A DNA stretch of 64,000 nt from Styela clava (lineage: Eukaryota): the NCBI RefSeq assembly GCF_964204865.1, contig NC_135262.1, positions 13,516,001-13,580,000 of the forward strand. The letters run 5' to 3'. The first letter of the stretch is position 1. Each line of letters starts with the position of its first letter. The notes beneath the pieces were generated by a model that worked only from the letters and a program-made list of their open reading frames with translations, did not search any database and was not told the origin of the DNA. Below are positions 1 through 13,090 of the stretch, one piece after another. The position numbers and the translations under genes are program-made.

Positions 1-176
1 TTGCCCACCAATGTGGTAGAGTCATATATCGGATGAAAAATCATAGATAATTTTCCATTCCAAGCTCACAAAGCGACAAAAATAAACAAAACAACAAATT
101 TTACCTTGTAAGTCGAAAGAAAACAACAAATTTTACAATGCAAGTCACAAGATAAAAAAGAAAATTCAGCTTTTAC

Positions 177-3100
177 CTTTTGTCTTGGTTGAGATGGGGA
201 TAATATACCACCACTTTCTATTTCGGCAAGATTGCGCTTCGTTCTTGGCATAACACGTTTGGATGAAGAGCTCACGGGCAATTCTGAAAGTGTAAAAAGT
301 CATTACTTTTCGAATAAAAAATGATAGATTCAAATAAGCACAAATTATTTTATTTGGTATGATGAATTGGGCATTATAAAGGTGTCCATAAAGTCCCTTT
401 ACAATTCCAATTTTGTTATGAAGTCAGTTCTCAATATATCCTATTCCTAACCAGGTTTGTTGTTTTTTAATCAGTAATTGTTTAAGTATTTTTACTTCAT
501 TTAATACATCTGTGAGGGCCAAAACAATATCATGGTATCAATAAATTTAAATATTGAATTCATCCAAGAGAGAGCAAAACCATATGGAAATGAATGAATG
601 AATTTACAAACTGAACAGTGACTGAAGGCAGTCCAGACCAGAAAGCTAGTCACCCATCCAGAGGCTGGGGCAGGAACTTACAAAAGGGGGACGCGGAAGG
701 GTTAAAATTTCTAATTGCCAAGTTAGACTGTAACAGCTAGCAAGTCCGGACAGATGTTGAGAAACGTAAGTTTCCAGGAATCTTGGGGTTCTAAAAAGCG
801 TTTCAAACCTTTGCATGAAATTCAGGAGTTTAATGACATTTTGCAATGCTTATTAAAATGAACGAACCTCATACAATAAATTAACTTACTGTTAGGAATA
901 GCTAATTTCTTTCGCAAGACGGGTACAGGTTTTGTTATTTTCGGCTTCTTAGGTTCTGAACTTTCATCACTGGAATCATCAGTGTCTAGAAATATTGATT
1001 CTCCATCAAATTTCTGCCAAGTTCCAACTACCGTAATAATATCTACCTTGCCTTACCTTCTGTGTTTTTGACTAACAAACTTTTTTCATAAGCCTTTTTA
1101 TTAGCGGCGATTCGCTTTGCTGCCAATTTTGCAGGTGTAGATAAGCGTTTTGAAGCTAATCCAGCTGAAACCAAAATAAAAAACAATTATTTAATAAGAG
1201 AAGCATGCTATTTGGAAACAGGAAGAAGAAATACGTTGCTTAAACTTTAAATGCAAAGATTAAAAACGAGAGAATAAGTCCACATTCCATGCCTCTTGAC
1301 AATTTCCAAAATTATGCAATGGCATATGCATATCCCCTAATGGAGTAGGGCAGGGGTGAACAGCCTTTAATACTAGAGGGCCAGATGCAAACATTGGGAA
1401 AAAAATGGGCCGCATCTTTGTTTAACATGGGCTTTCTAGGCAAAGGCATGTACAAGATTAAACCAAACTAAAAACTCGTTTCGCGGGTCGCACATGATTC
1501 AAAATTCTCCGCGGGCCACACAAGTTTTCCTTGTGGGCCACAGGTGGCACACCCCTGGAGTATGGGATTAAATCATTGTTATCAGACTTCCTAAACTTTT
1601 ACTTATAAGTTTGGTACAGTTAGTCACCTGACACAGCACATAGGTCCTAACAGGAAGGGAAAGAATGTTTTTGAAATAAGAAATTCAGACCTCAAGAAAA
1701 TCAATATGCACACAATTGTTATTTATCACTTACTAATTAGACTCGGCCTTTTGCTAGCCCTGGTACTTCGACGTGGTGGAGTTTTCTCTTGTTCTCCAGT
1801 CTAAAATTATTTAGAAAGGATTCACTGATACAGTTAGAGCTGGACACCTAGAATCGAATACTTAATTATTCGGTCAATCTTGGATATTATGCTTGTGATC
1901 GTATTCGTAACGCATAAACAAATACCACAAAACTCGCATTAACAAGAATTTTTTCTGTTTTTACATGACTGTATGCAATAGCTACTTACTATATTTAAAA
2001 GGATACCGTAGTTTGTGGCCCTGTGGGCATAGGATTTGAACAACAGCATGTGACACACCAGTTATGGTATTTCGAAAAATTTGTAAAAGAATGAATAGAA
2101 TGTTTTTATACTACGTCATGCAAAAATAAATATGTACATTGCTTTCGTCAACATTACAACCTTATATCCATGAATAAAATGACTTTCCTCACATTAATAT
2201 GCTATTTTATACAGCAAAACTATTTTTTTTCTAATACTTTCGTGATTTCAATATCTTGATTTTATTAGTGAGCATACTAAAATATGGAATTCATCCAACT
2301 ATTAAATATCAATAATATATATTGGCAAATGTACAAACTTGTTAAAATACATTGTATGTAACATGTCTGCTATGTTACCAACTTACCTCTGATGAACAAC
2401 TATCTTGAGACATACTCGACTGATCTTCACTATCTGACACAACAGTATTAGCAGATGATGAACAGAGTGAAACTGATTGCGACATTGTTGTATTTGTGTT
2501 CTCTAGCACTTGTTCTTGAATCTCTATTAAAAAAAATTAGTTTTTCCATGTGCACAACGAATTCCAGTAATAATGGCACAAGGTAAAACGGCAAAAGATT
2601 TAATGCAGCGACAAGAGCAAAAACATCATGTATTTTTACCCATGTGAGCATAAAATAACACCATATATTTGCGTAATGAAATACAGTGCTGGGCACCCAT
2701 TATGCGTTAGAAAGGCACGCATAAAATATCTCACATTAAAAACATGCACAATTATCTCCTGTGAGATATAAGATTGCAAACGAGGCCTCAAAGAAGCTTT
2801 TGCAACACGTAGCTCTGCAGCCGCGTGCAGCCGATTTCTTTGCTTCGTTTTAATTGAATCTAGTGATAAGTAATTCTTTTTTTATCTGGACTGTAAAGTA
2901 GAATCGACATTTTAATCAAGCCTTTTCTTTTTCATTGGGTTCATCATATTAATCCCTCTGCAGTTGATCGACGCCTCAAACGAAATGAATTTGCATCACA
3001 ATGACAAAATTGTCGATAACTTGGCTACAGGCTCAAAATCCTACTGTGTCTGAAAAAAACCTCTGCGACTGCGACCCATGCTTTTTTGCGCGTCTCGTGA

Positions 3101-6100
3101 CCACCTGTGGGGTCGCAACATGTTCATATCTTACTGGAATATTATACTGTTCTTGACTGTTTTCTGGTTTAAACAAGGAGATATGCATTACGTTTCATAT
3201 GGATGGTCATATTAATCAGGAAAAGCACGCAGAACAGAAAAAGCACGCGAGCCGATTTTTAGGCTTCCTAATTTTGCGAGATTTGATGGTGCGCATTCGC
3301 GATAAATCGGAGCCGAAAAAGCGAGAAGTGTAAATGATCGGCGCCAAGATGTCGCGTAAGACGGCGCCAGCATGTCGCGAAAGACGTCGCAATATGACGG
3401 AGGAAGAGAATTGCGTAATGAGCCAACGCAACTTTGTCTACGGTAAAGCGATTGAGATGGCATAGAAACAACGAAATTTCTCGCCGACCGGCAAAAAAGT
3501 TTCGCGGACCGGCGGTTGGGAACCACTGATATAGGTATCCAGTCGGCATTTATCACGCACACTCATAGAACACCAGTCTACTATGGAACACTTACCACAT
3601 AATGCATTTGAGGGAACTGTTCCAACTGGAGTTTCTTTTATTGTGTTAGAAACTAGGTTTTGTAGCCTTATCGATTTTCGTTGTTCCAGTTCATCTTCTG
3701 TCGGCTCTTCCAGACTATCTGCAATATCCCTGCATGAAAAACACTAAATATGAGTAAATAGAAATAATACTAATTAAAGTAGCCAGGGACTATTATTTGC
3801 AGAATTCAATCTCACTTCATCTGGTTGTGAAAGATAAAATTTCTTATTCAGATAGTGAAATATTATTTAAAGTTTATAGAAGTCGGTGAAACAATTGCAT
3901 GCTAAAAATTATCTATTTTCAAAGTGATGGAAGTTATACCAGCTGCCAAATATTTTAAAAACCTGTTTCAAGTATATTTATAACTGCATACATCAGAGGT
4001 GTGCAACCTTTAATACAGGAGGGCCAGGTAGAAATAACTAGGTGAAACCGCTGGCCGCACCTTTATTTAACATAGGCTATCTAGTAGGCACATAAATGTT
4101 GGGTATTAATCTTATGACATGCATTATTTGCACAAGCTGTCAAGGCATTGTAAAGTCATAGGCATATTTAAATTCGAATCAGGTATAGGCTTCGCAACGC
4201 AAATGGATTGGAATTACTCGCACATTCCAATTTAAATTAAATTGAAAACTCGTTTTGTGGGCCATACATCATTCCAAATTGGCACTTCTCCACGGCCCGC
4301 ATAAATTTTCCTCGAGGGCCGCATTTGGCCACAGGCTGCAGGCTGCACACCCCTGGTATACATCATTGATTTTGCACTTCACACAGAATTCAATCAGTAG
4401 ATCAAACAACAAAAATTAATATCTCACTCTTCATCCGATGCATCAAATGTTAATGTTAACGGAATTTGAGGAGATCCTTGAATCGTATTCTGAGATAATC
4501 CTGGCATTTTTAACTTGGCAATGTTAATAACAGGATTCCTTTGTTTGCATGAGAAAACTTGTTCTTCCATAGACCTGCTTTTCTTTACATCATTAAGTTC
4601 GTTTTCTGTTCAAATCGTGAAGATTTTAAATGAATTTATCATGTTATTTTAGCAGTTGAAATACCAAAAACAAACAATTTTATATTTGCCTGGATTTTAA
4701 AGATGATAAAGAAATATATAATATTTTGTAACAGTGATTAATTTTGGCATTCAAGGCATAATATTTTGGCATAATGTTGCAATTCAGTGAAAATAGATAT
4801 GACCATATTGGTGCGCAAATTCGCAAGTGTTTGTGTCTCTTATTTGTTTGTGTCTCACAACATAACAAATAGGGCAAGCTATGACAAAAAGAAAAGAATT
4901 TGGTTGTACCAAACAAGGCAGGTCCTGAGCCGTGCTTGTGAAGATATGTATAAACTTCATAAAAATCATCAGCCTCGATAATTTCTATGCAATATTATGA
5001 CATTAAACGAGCAATGTTAAATAAAAAATTATAAAAAAAAGTTATGGACTCACCATTCTGCTTAAAATCAGGTGATGCACTGTTTACATCAGTATCATGC
5101 TGACCTTCTGACACTTTTCTTGAACTAAAAAAGGAAACATATATAGGAAACATTATTACATCATATAATAACTGATGCATTCACGTCCAGTTGTATTCTA
5201 GCATGTTTATGTTTACAGGGGCGCAGTCAGTGGGGGTTACAGGGGTCATTACCCCCCCCCATTTGGAATTTTTTTAATATGAAATTTCTGCCTTTCGCTT
5301 GGTACTAACAGCAAAGGTATTTTACGGTGGCACGACACGGTTTCAATATCAAAACTATATTATTCTGTACATTATCACCTTAGCGCAATTTAATACTGCC
5401 GGACTTTTGATCGTCTCACAATATTTTATCTTTTTGATGGTTCTTAGCTTATCTATGTGATAATTGAGATATTTACCTTACAGTTAATATTCCATAAAAA
5501 ACATATGATAACGTAAAAGAATATTCCCTTTCTTTATGATATGAATTGATTTCAAATAAAAAAAAATATTGATGCAGTCGGCTTGTCTCACCTTAGTTGA
5601 GCAAGTGCAGACTTCTGATGACTTTTAATCAATGTCTCATGCAGAGATATTAGTTGCTCGATGTCCTTAAAATAATTTGTCATATTAGAAATATCTCAAA
5701 AAAAAAAGCCACAATCAATTCTGAAAAAGTGTATGAAGGATTTAATTACGGCAAGTTTGAAATAAATAGTAAAAGCAGAAATATATTTTTTTTCTCAACA
5801 TTTCAAATTGCCAGAGGCGCACAGCGAGGGATGAACATTCTTCCACACCAGGTGATTTTGAATTCTACAATCCAAAAAAATCCTTACAGCAGTTTCAATT
5901 TCTTTTTCTGTTTCCTGCTGGATGGTTTGTTGCACTGCTTCGGAAGTTTCGTCAGACTCAGTGTTGAGTAATAGTGGTTTTGGATTATCCTGTAATGCTT
6001 TCGATTCTTGAAGTTCATTATGCGGAGACTGAGGATCTACCTCTAACATATTCAGATCATTATTCGATTCACTTTCGGTTTTATTTTGATCGCTGCTCAG

Positions 6101-9100
6101 TTTTTTGTCTGGTGTCATTGCTTCAGCCTCAATAACGTTCCTGGAATTACAGAATTCAACTGTGATGTCACAATGAAATACGTCATTGGACCATTCAAAT
6201 AATTTACAGTACAGTGATACCTCGGTAGTCCTAAGACTCGACACTCGCACAATTCGTTAGTCGACCCAAAATGTCTGCTCAAAAATGATGCGGCACTCGT
6301 ATGAGAATACGGATATCAACAACCCAAGTATGGCGCAGAGTCAGGTGACACAACCTGAACTGCGCATCTTGTCTGTCTCTCTCCATTCAACAAGAGAGCG
6401 AAGCTTAAATATATGGCCACAAAGGCCAGGCGAAGTAGTACGGGTATGTAATCTGTCACAGTAGACTATCGGTTTGTGAACCTTCGTGACTAACGCAATC
6501 GCGGAGCCGCCACAGAATGCGCAATTTTGATGACGTCATCGCACACAAAAAATGAACCCCATAGAGCCCACAGAAATTTGCTCAAACGTACAGTACCGGT
6601 GACTGATACTTTTTTTTTTATATTCTCATCTTTTTTATGTTGGCCTACACATTTAAATAATTGTTGTTGAGGTACACGTTTTGTTAATTTTTTGGTATGA
6701 ATGCGTAAAAACTAATTAAAATAAATATCATTGTTTCTTATGGTAAAATAAAAAAGTTTCTGTAGTTTAACAAATCGGTAGTCGAACACCAACCCTGAAC
6801 GAATTATGTTCGACTACAGAGGTATCACTGTATGTTCATTAGATGAACAATAAATTCAATAATGCTAATGCACTAGTTTTTCTAGTTACTGGTGGATGTG
6901 TTACAGTATGTTTTATAACTTTGTCTGGCTAATATATTTAATGCATTTGAGCACATGCTCCTTTATTTCATTTATACTATTACATATATATTATACTGAT
7001 ACAAACATTTTAACATTCTTCTTCTTCTTTGTTGCGGCAGGCATTAATATTTTATGTCCTTCAATACCATTTTCGATATAATTAGAAATTGATGATTTCA
7101 TCCTTGAAGATCTCGTACTCCTATGAAAGTGAGCAGATATAAATTCACAAAATAATAAAATTCCAAATCCCTCTAGTCCAGTGGTTCCCAAATGACAGAC
7201 CCCTTACAACTTTTTTAATGATTCTCGGCCTTGTGCACTAAAACAAAGCATTAATAAAAGATCACAATAAAAAATTAATGCGTCGTATAGTGAAACGAAC
7301 AAAAGAATATAAAGCGCAACTCTAATGACATGTGTGACAACCAGTTTGTTTCGATATTTGGTTAACGTGCAAATGGGTAGCTCAGATACAACTGTGCAGT
7401 TAGTAAACTTGTGATGACATGAATTGAACTCTCTCTGTGATATCACAGGCCCATAGCTCTGTGACATCACAATAGGGCAGCGTGATCGAAACAGAAAGTG
7501 AAGAATCAGTGTCTCCAGCGGTGATTGCGAAGCAGCAAAAGGTGACAAATGTGTATTTGCAAACTTAAGCACTTAATTTTTGTATTATCAAGCTATTAGC
7601 TAGAAGTGCTTCACGAACACCAGTTTGGGAACCACTGCACACCACTATATCCCCTTGTTATTTTACTTTTCACTTTACGAGAAAACTTCCTATTCTTCCT
7701 AGTTTCATTGCTTGATAAGGTCACTTCACAAAGTGTTTTTACTTTGTTGAGCATGAATTGTTTGAACATAATGGTATTTGAAATACACCAATCTGAATAA
7801 CACTGTAAATGTCACTGGAATGATGAACAGAGGCCATGGGGGGTGAACGCCTCTGGAAGGACGACGAGCCATAAAAGGTCGGGAACCACTGAGCCTCTAT
7901 AATTTTTGGATTCTGTGTCACAGAAAACGAACTTGAATAGATATAACTTGACTCTGAAATAAAGGTAAATTACCAACCAATTTGATACTTCACGACGTTC
8001 ATGAATTACATATATAATTGCAATTGCAATTAATAAAAAAAGTCTAAATTTCATATATAGCTCATACATAGAAAACTAACGATACTCAAAGTGCAATTCA
8101 ATAAGTAACCTTCTATTAACTCTGGGTTGACCCTTTCTTGCTCTTGTTCTTTTCGTTTTCTTTGTATGTGGAGTCACCGGAGGTATCATAACTCTTGGCG
8201 CCTCTTCAGATGAACTTTCATAATCACGTTCTCTAGATATATATTTAACATTATGAGAGATATATTATTTATGAAGAATAAAGCACTGTTACTGATGTAT
8301 GGACGAATAATCATGATCTTCCTAATGATATGCATAACAACAAGGATGGGCATGAATTGAAATCCCGAGCGATTCGCATCCCTGATAACAGAATTTGAAT
8401 TACGCCACTTCCGCACTGTACAATCTGTGACTTTCCCATGACAGGGATTACCTGTTCAACATGTCTCTTTTCACATTTTTTTTTTCTTCTAAAAATTGAG
8501 ATGCGAAAGGAGAACTTGACATGGTTAGAAAGCCAAAATGTTTAGTTTACTTGATCAATGGGAATGAAAAAATTCAGTTTTCTGGATTTTATTCAACGAT
8601 TCTAATATGGTAAATTACTCTGAATTGCCGACCCCTAACCCTACATGGCGAGCTAGTTTGAAATCACAATGGATCTGGTTCCAGCTATAAGTATAAGTTG
8701 GTTAGGAGCGAGTGTGATGAAGTTTTTGATTGTTCCGCCTCCAGTTTCATCTGGTGAGCTTGACAGCTCAGCTCAGACTTCAACAAAAAACCCTGGATCC
8801 AGATTCAACCCCCTCAACCCAACCTAACAATAATCTCATATTTGGGAACCAGTACTTAAACAGACATACCTGATTTCATTCACAGAACGCATCAGAGTTT
8901 CAAATGATTCATTCACGAATTGCAGTGCTTCCTCTAACTTCTTTTGAGCTGCTTCTTGTAATTCTGCAAATGGCCAAATTGGCATAAGATCATCTTTGTT
9001 AATTTCAAGAATCCTTCCGCCATTGGTTTGTAGTTGCCTGAAATTAAAGAGTAATATATAGTAAAAAACAAGAGTATAACCAGCTAAAATGTGGTTAGTA

Positions 9101-9367
9101 TTGTTGTGTTTTAGCGTGGTTTACGCAGTTTGCAATAAACTTCGTTCTGGATATGAAATCTGAACTAACAATACACACTATGATGTGAAGACATTATCAA
9201 AGTTTTATAATAATACACTAAAAGCTTAATTGATCAGTAAACAACAACAGAAAATGATATCAATTCTAATTTCCTGACTTAAACACTCACCCAAAAGTTG
9301 TTGGCCAAGGCAACACCAAATTTTCATCTTTAATTCTCAAAATACCAAGCTCAAGAGACTGATCCAT
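177..9367 (-). CDS. INCENP: INCENP-like (inner centromere protein) gene, 5' part, 14 coding exons; continues beyond the window start
   Basis: Phase-compatible GT-AG exons assembled by hand: 9291-9367 (ATG), 8870-9037, 8110-8232, 7007-7120, 5888-6140, 5592-5665, 5054-5124, 4428-4605, 3596-3729, 2387-2523, 1734-1800, 1057-1164, 890-985, 177-283. N-terminus ...PFAELQEAAQKKLEEALQFVNESFETLMRSVNEIRERDY...APRVMIPPVTPHTKKTKRTRARK resembles the INCENP N-terminal helix plus PELMPKTP-basic patch. It is followed by a long disordered S/T-P and basic region. The diagnostic C-terminal IN-box lies outside the window, so the name is tentative; the exon structure is more secure. Confidence 0.6.
590..790 (-). 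mobile_element. Probable 3' end of a non-LTR retroelement (CR1/L2-like) in an INCENP-like intron
   Basis: (ATGA)n run at about 590-602 reads as a (TTCA)n tail on the minus strand, next to a GC-richer segment. No recognisable RT domain. Confidence 0.3.
1351..1557. mobile_element. hAT-type MITE (CAGGGGTG...CACCCCTG family)
   Basis: TIR CAGGGGTG/CACCCCTG; 8-bp TSD GAGTAGGG/GAGTATGG (1 mismatch); subterminal GGGCCGCA-type repeats. Confidence 0.8.
3216..3528. mobile_element. GC/CpG-rich hAT-type MITE fragment
   Basis: Ends in the TTGGGAACCACTG terminus also seen at 7638 and 7890; GC-rich island inside an AT-rich intron; left end not resolved. Confidence 0.5.
3994..4355. mobile_element. hAT-type MITE, same family as 1351-1557
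   Basis: TIR CAGAGGTGTGCA/TGCACACCCCTG; TSD GCATACAT/GTATACAT; internal similarity to 1351-1557. Confidence 0.8.
6212..6830. mobile_element. Tc1/mariner-pogo (Tigger-like) MITE
   Basis: TIR CAGTGATACCTCGGTAGTC / GACTACAGAGGTATCACTG flanked by TA on both sides; related copies at about 18700-19153 and 24140-24506. Confidence 0.8.
7179..7890. mobile_element. Two adjacent or nested hAT-type MITEs (CAGTGGTTCCCAA termini)
   Basis: CAGTGGTTCCCAAA at 7179, TTTGGGAACCACTG ending 7638, second right end GGGAACCACTG ending 7890; 7640-7890 resembles 20243-20560. Confidence 0.65.
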
Positions 9368-10105
9368 TGCTGTAATCAATACGCAATTAAGTAGATGTTA
9401 CCCTGACTAAAGAAAGCAAGTAAGTTAGTACATTTGCATTAGACTGTTAGACTCAAAACTCAATTTTAGTGCAGTAGTGTGTTACCCAAGTTAGGACATT
9501 GACTAAGCTTGATAACACTTTGCTCATTTCAGACCTTTGACCCTCTTATTAAAATGTTGCCCCATTCAACGTTTGTAATTAAGCATTTGATAAAGTACCA
9601 ATCATAATTCCAATTTCGTCTGAACAATTTTGTATTTGAGCAATTCCATGTAAAGTGTAAATAAATCTAAGAGTGCTCAATTCTGTATAAACAACCTGTA
9701 TTGCCATTCTCATCGAAAACTGTGGCGTTCTGAATTTGCGATTTCAGAATTCAGCAGACAGTTTGGGCCTCAGTATCAGCAATCACAATAAATCAAGGGC
9801 TGAAAGGGAGGTGCAATCATAAAACACCACCATCGGACTCATTTGAAAAAATAATCGGATTTAGAGACTACCGAAGAAAACAAAATTTACCAAACGTCAG
9901 GACATTTTGAAATCAGAGAGCAGTGTCCTACTGCAAGTACTGAAATTCAGATTTTACAAGTTTACAACTTAGCTGAATATATGATAATCAATACCGGTAC
10001 TGTCCAGCACCGTAAATCTTAATTCTATGAATTACGTAATTACTGTACCGATACTGTCAGACTGTCTAGGTCAGTACCGGGTAGGTGACTGGTGAGCCTA
10101 GGTTC

Positions 10106-10568
10106 GGGTCTAGTATAGTTTGGTACCACAAGTACTTCCAGTGGGCATAGCATAACGAATTTTGCATATGTTATTCCTAACCCCCACCTGACTATGCCAT
10201 CCAAAAATTACGTCACTACGAAGTCATCATCACGTCATAGGGCTTGTCAAAGTATAATTATGATCGCCCAAAATGGCATCTGCGCCTCTCTGCGCCGCTG
10301 ATATCGTACTCACTAACGCCGGCGATTTCTCTCCTATCGGGATCGTTGTGACGAAAAAACGAAATAGCTTGCTCGATTTCGGATGATCGTCTGCGCGTTT
10401 TGGACCTCCCGCATACTTTGGTGGGCCTTATTACGCCACTGTGACGTCGAAATGACGTAATTTTTCGGTGACGTAGTCAGGTAGGGGTTAGGAATGACAT
10501 ATGCAAAAATAGTTGAGCCAGGTCAACTAGAAGTGCATGTGGTACTAAACTATACCGGTACCAGACCC
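10106..10568. mobile_element. Foldback-like element with ~110-bp imperfect terminal inverted repeats
   Basis: Left arm TATAGTTTGGTACCACAAGTACTTC...TTTTGCATATGTTATTCCTAACCCCCACCTGACTA...AAAAATTACGTCA mirrors right arm TGACGTAATTTTT...TAGTCAGGTAGGGGTTAGGAATGACATATGCAAAA...GAAGTGCATGTGGTACTAAACTATA. Confidence 0.7.
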
Positions 10569-10604
10569 CTAGGTTCAACGTTCAGTACCGGTAGCGTACT
10601 AATA

Positions 10605-11818
10605 GGAATGTTACAAAACGCACTTTTTCGCGCCAAAAAATGTACGCACCACGTCTGCTAAGTACCGTAACGCCGTGTCAGAATACCGCTCATAAAAACG
10701 ACTACGGACTGCCTGCTGTTGTTTGGAATTCCATGAAATTTGGACATAACTTAGATAAAATGCGCAACTATGATTTGGTATTTGAATTTTTTCATTAGCG
10801 CATAAATTTCCCAACATTCGAGGCTTTTAAAAATTACGCTAAAGTTATACGTACTGCAAATTAATGATATTGTCTATGGACACCAATAAAATATATATGG
10901 ACGCATGTATGTCATTCCTAACTTGATACTTACCAATTTTTATGAAGTTTGTTCAATCAGAACATCGTTAATTATTACCCGCAACGAGGCACTGTCAAAC
11001 TAATATGCTCAACTCCAGGGTTGATTTGCGACGATCTTCCGACGGCCTCAATGATCGTTGCCAGAATAAAATCCTAAAGTAATCTGAATTTTCTTAGATG
11101 TGACGCACATCGAAAAATTAAAGATTGATATGTGTTTTTTTTTTCATATTTATTAAAGTTCTTATTGAAAAAAGTCAATTCGCATACGTTTACGAAACGG
11201 TACAAATTAATTCAAGGCACGAGAAGTATGATCTTAGCACGCGTCTGTCAACGCGCATCAGTTATCGACTGAATGCCGACATTTTCCCTCGCAGCGATTT
11301 CTCTCGTTTTGCGTTTCACTAAGCGCGGTAAATCTCCTACGAGTTAAGGAATATTAAATGATAATTAATCGTTCATTAAGGTCGGATATGAAAAACGCTA
11401 AATCAGTTAATTGCCGCGTATGCGGGGACTTGCGTATTGCAGTATTGGGAAAGTCGTTGCCGACCAGAGGTTATGTAAAGTTCAGAAACTTTCTCGTACA
11501 TAATTAATTGAAAAGCAGCTAATATCGTTAAAAAGAATTTGTAAACTTTTTTGCATTAGGTTCTTCTATTCACAATAACTTTTCGTTCAAAATTTTTTTC
11601 GATTACCTCCAAAAATAGCCGAGATACATTCTGTTGTTTATCGGTCCGACATTCTCGCGGTCACAGTTTTTGAGTCGGGGTACTTAAATGCAGATATCTC
11701 CGTTAATTCTTGACCATTTTTCGCAAACTTGGTATTGTTTTCTTATTTTCACTTAGATCTATCCACTGGTGCAGTTTTTATTTAAATCCGATGAACTTTA
11801 ATTTTTTTGTAACATACC
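10605..11818. mobile_element. Non-autonomous DNA transposon, superfamily unassigned (~1.2 kb)
   Basis: 14-bp TIR GGAATGTTACAAAA / TTTTGTAACATACC (1 mismatch); CpG-rich interior with no convincing ORF. Confidence 0.5.
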
Positions 11819-12647
11819 GTACCTAGTACTAATGTACTACTGCAGTACTGTACTACAATATCAGTACTAGAGAATGACACTACCTAAAGTAACCCAGTAT
11901 TCTGAAAATACAGGTCTGCAAAAGCTGCTACACGTTCTGACATTTTCCTGTAGCTACGTTTACATGTACCGGGGTACCGTAATTCGGTGTTATTTCAGTA
12001 TTTGGCTAGACCGTTCTACTAAATTCAGACTAATATTACAGCCGTATGAATTGTTTAGTCTACAGCAGTACTACTCTATTACGATATCTCAGTACCTGGA
12101 TACCAACAGATGCGGTGGTACCGGTACGGTACGCCACCCGTTTACTTATCTGGCTACGGCACTGCATTGATTGATTGATTACCTGTACCGGTACGGTACC
12201 GGGTCGAGTCAACAACAAGACAAATTTGTAAGGGTAAGCAATAGTTTGTAATTGGCGGGCCTTTGTGTGCGACGAAGCGAAACATTCGGGCAAATGAAAA
12301 TAAAAGTACAAAAATGAAGACGTATTTGTTATTTTTGTGAAATAAAATAATAAAGCCATTAAAGGTATTTGTGATGTTAATAAGGTTTTTTATGAGTACA
12401 AATGTTTGTATTCATGCATATTCTATTACTGAAAATGAAATGCCATATTTCGGGAATGTATGGAAATAGGAGGCGGAAAACCTAAATAAAAAACTAAAGA
12501 AATTGAACTTTTTGAACCTCAACAGCACGTGTTTCAGCCCAAGGGCGATTTTCAGGCATGATATGGAATGGGACAGCACACATTTGTATTTCCCATGGAA
12601 CACGAAAACCGTATGATTTTCGGGGAAATGATAGTAAAACATTTCGT

Positions 12648-12865
12648 TATGGATTTCGTGCCGTATATTTGAGCATAGGCTAGCTCTCTTATTAGTTACG
12701 AAGAGCAAAATATATTCAGCATTAACAATATACCTCGTGAAGAGGCTGATGGACACTATGGATTTCGTCCCGTATACTTGAGCATAGGCTAGCTCTCTTG
12801 TTAGTTATGAAGAGCAAAATATATTCAGCACTAACAATATACCTCGTGAAGAGGCTGATGGACAC
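12648..12865 (+). repeat. Tandem duplication, 2 x 109 bp
   Basis: Unit TATGGATTTCGT...GAAGAGGCTGATGGACAC at 12648-12756 and 12757-12865 with a few substitutions. Confidence 0.9.
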
Positions 12866-12886
12866 ATGTATAATAGTTATGAATAT

Positions 12887-13090
12887 GATCAATCAATCAA
12901 CCAATCAATCATTTATTCGTCGTCACAAAAAACATCAAATGCACAAAAAATTGGCACATGAAATAAATATAATAATAACGATAGTTGTGCGACAGGAGTC
13001 GCGAGGGACCTTGTTCGGTCTTCAAGCAGTGACGCCTAAAGCGCTATTACTGGTTCAATGTAAGAATAACTACATTTGCTACAAACATTG
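12887..13090 (-). mobile_element. Truncated LINE 3' end (CR1/L2-like) nested in the hAT element
   Basis: Minus strand reads AATAAA followed by a (TTGA)n microsatellite tail, typical of CR1/L2 3' ends. Right boundary approximate. Confidence 0.45.

Noticed and set aside
3212-3562. Three overlapping minus-strand ORFs
   Set aside because: Lie in a GC-rich MITE fragment inside an intron; few stops expected and no homology evident.
8290-8490. Extra exon-like blocks in INCENP-like intron 2 (RRKKKCEKRHVEQ)
   Set aside because: Inclusion shifts the frame and needs a ~36-nt intron; the flanking exons already join in phase.
12648-12865. Repeat considered as CRISPR-like
   Set aside because: Only two contiguous 109-bp units, no spacers, eukaryotic context.
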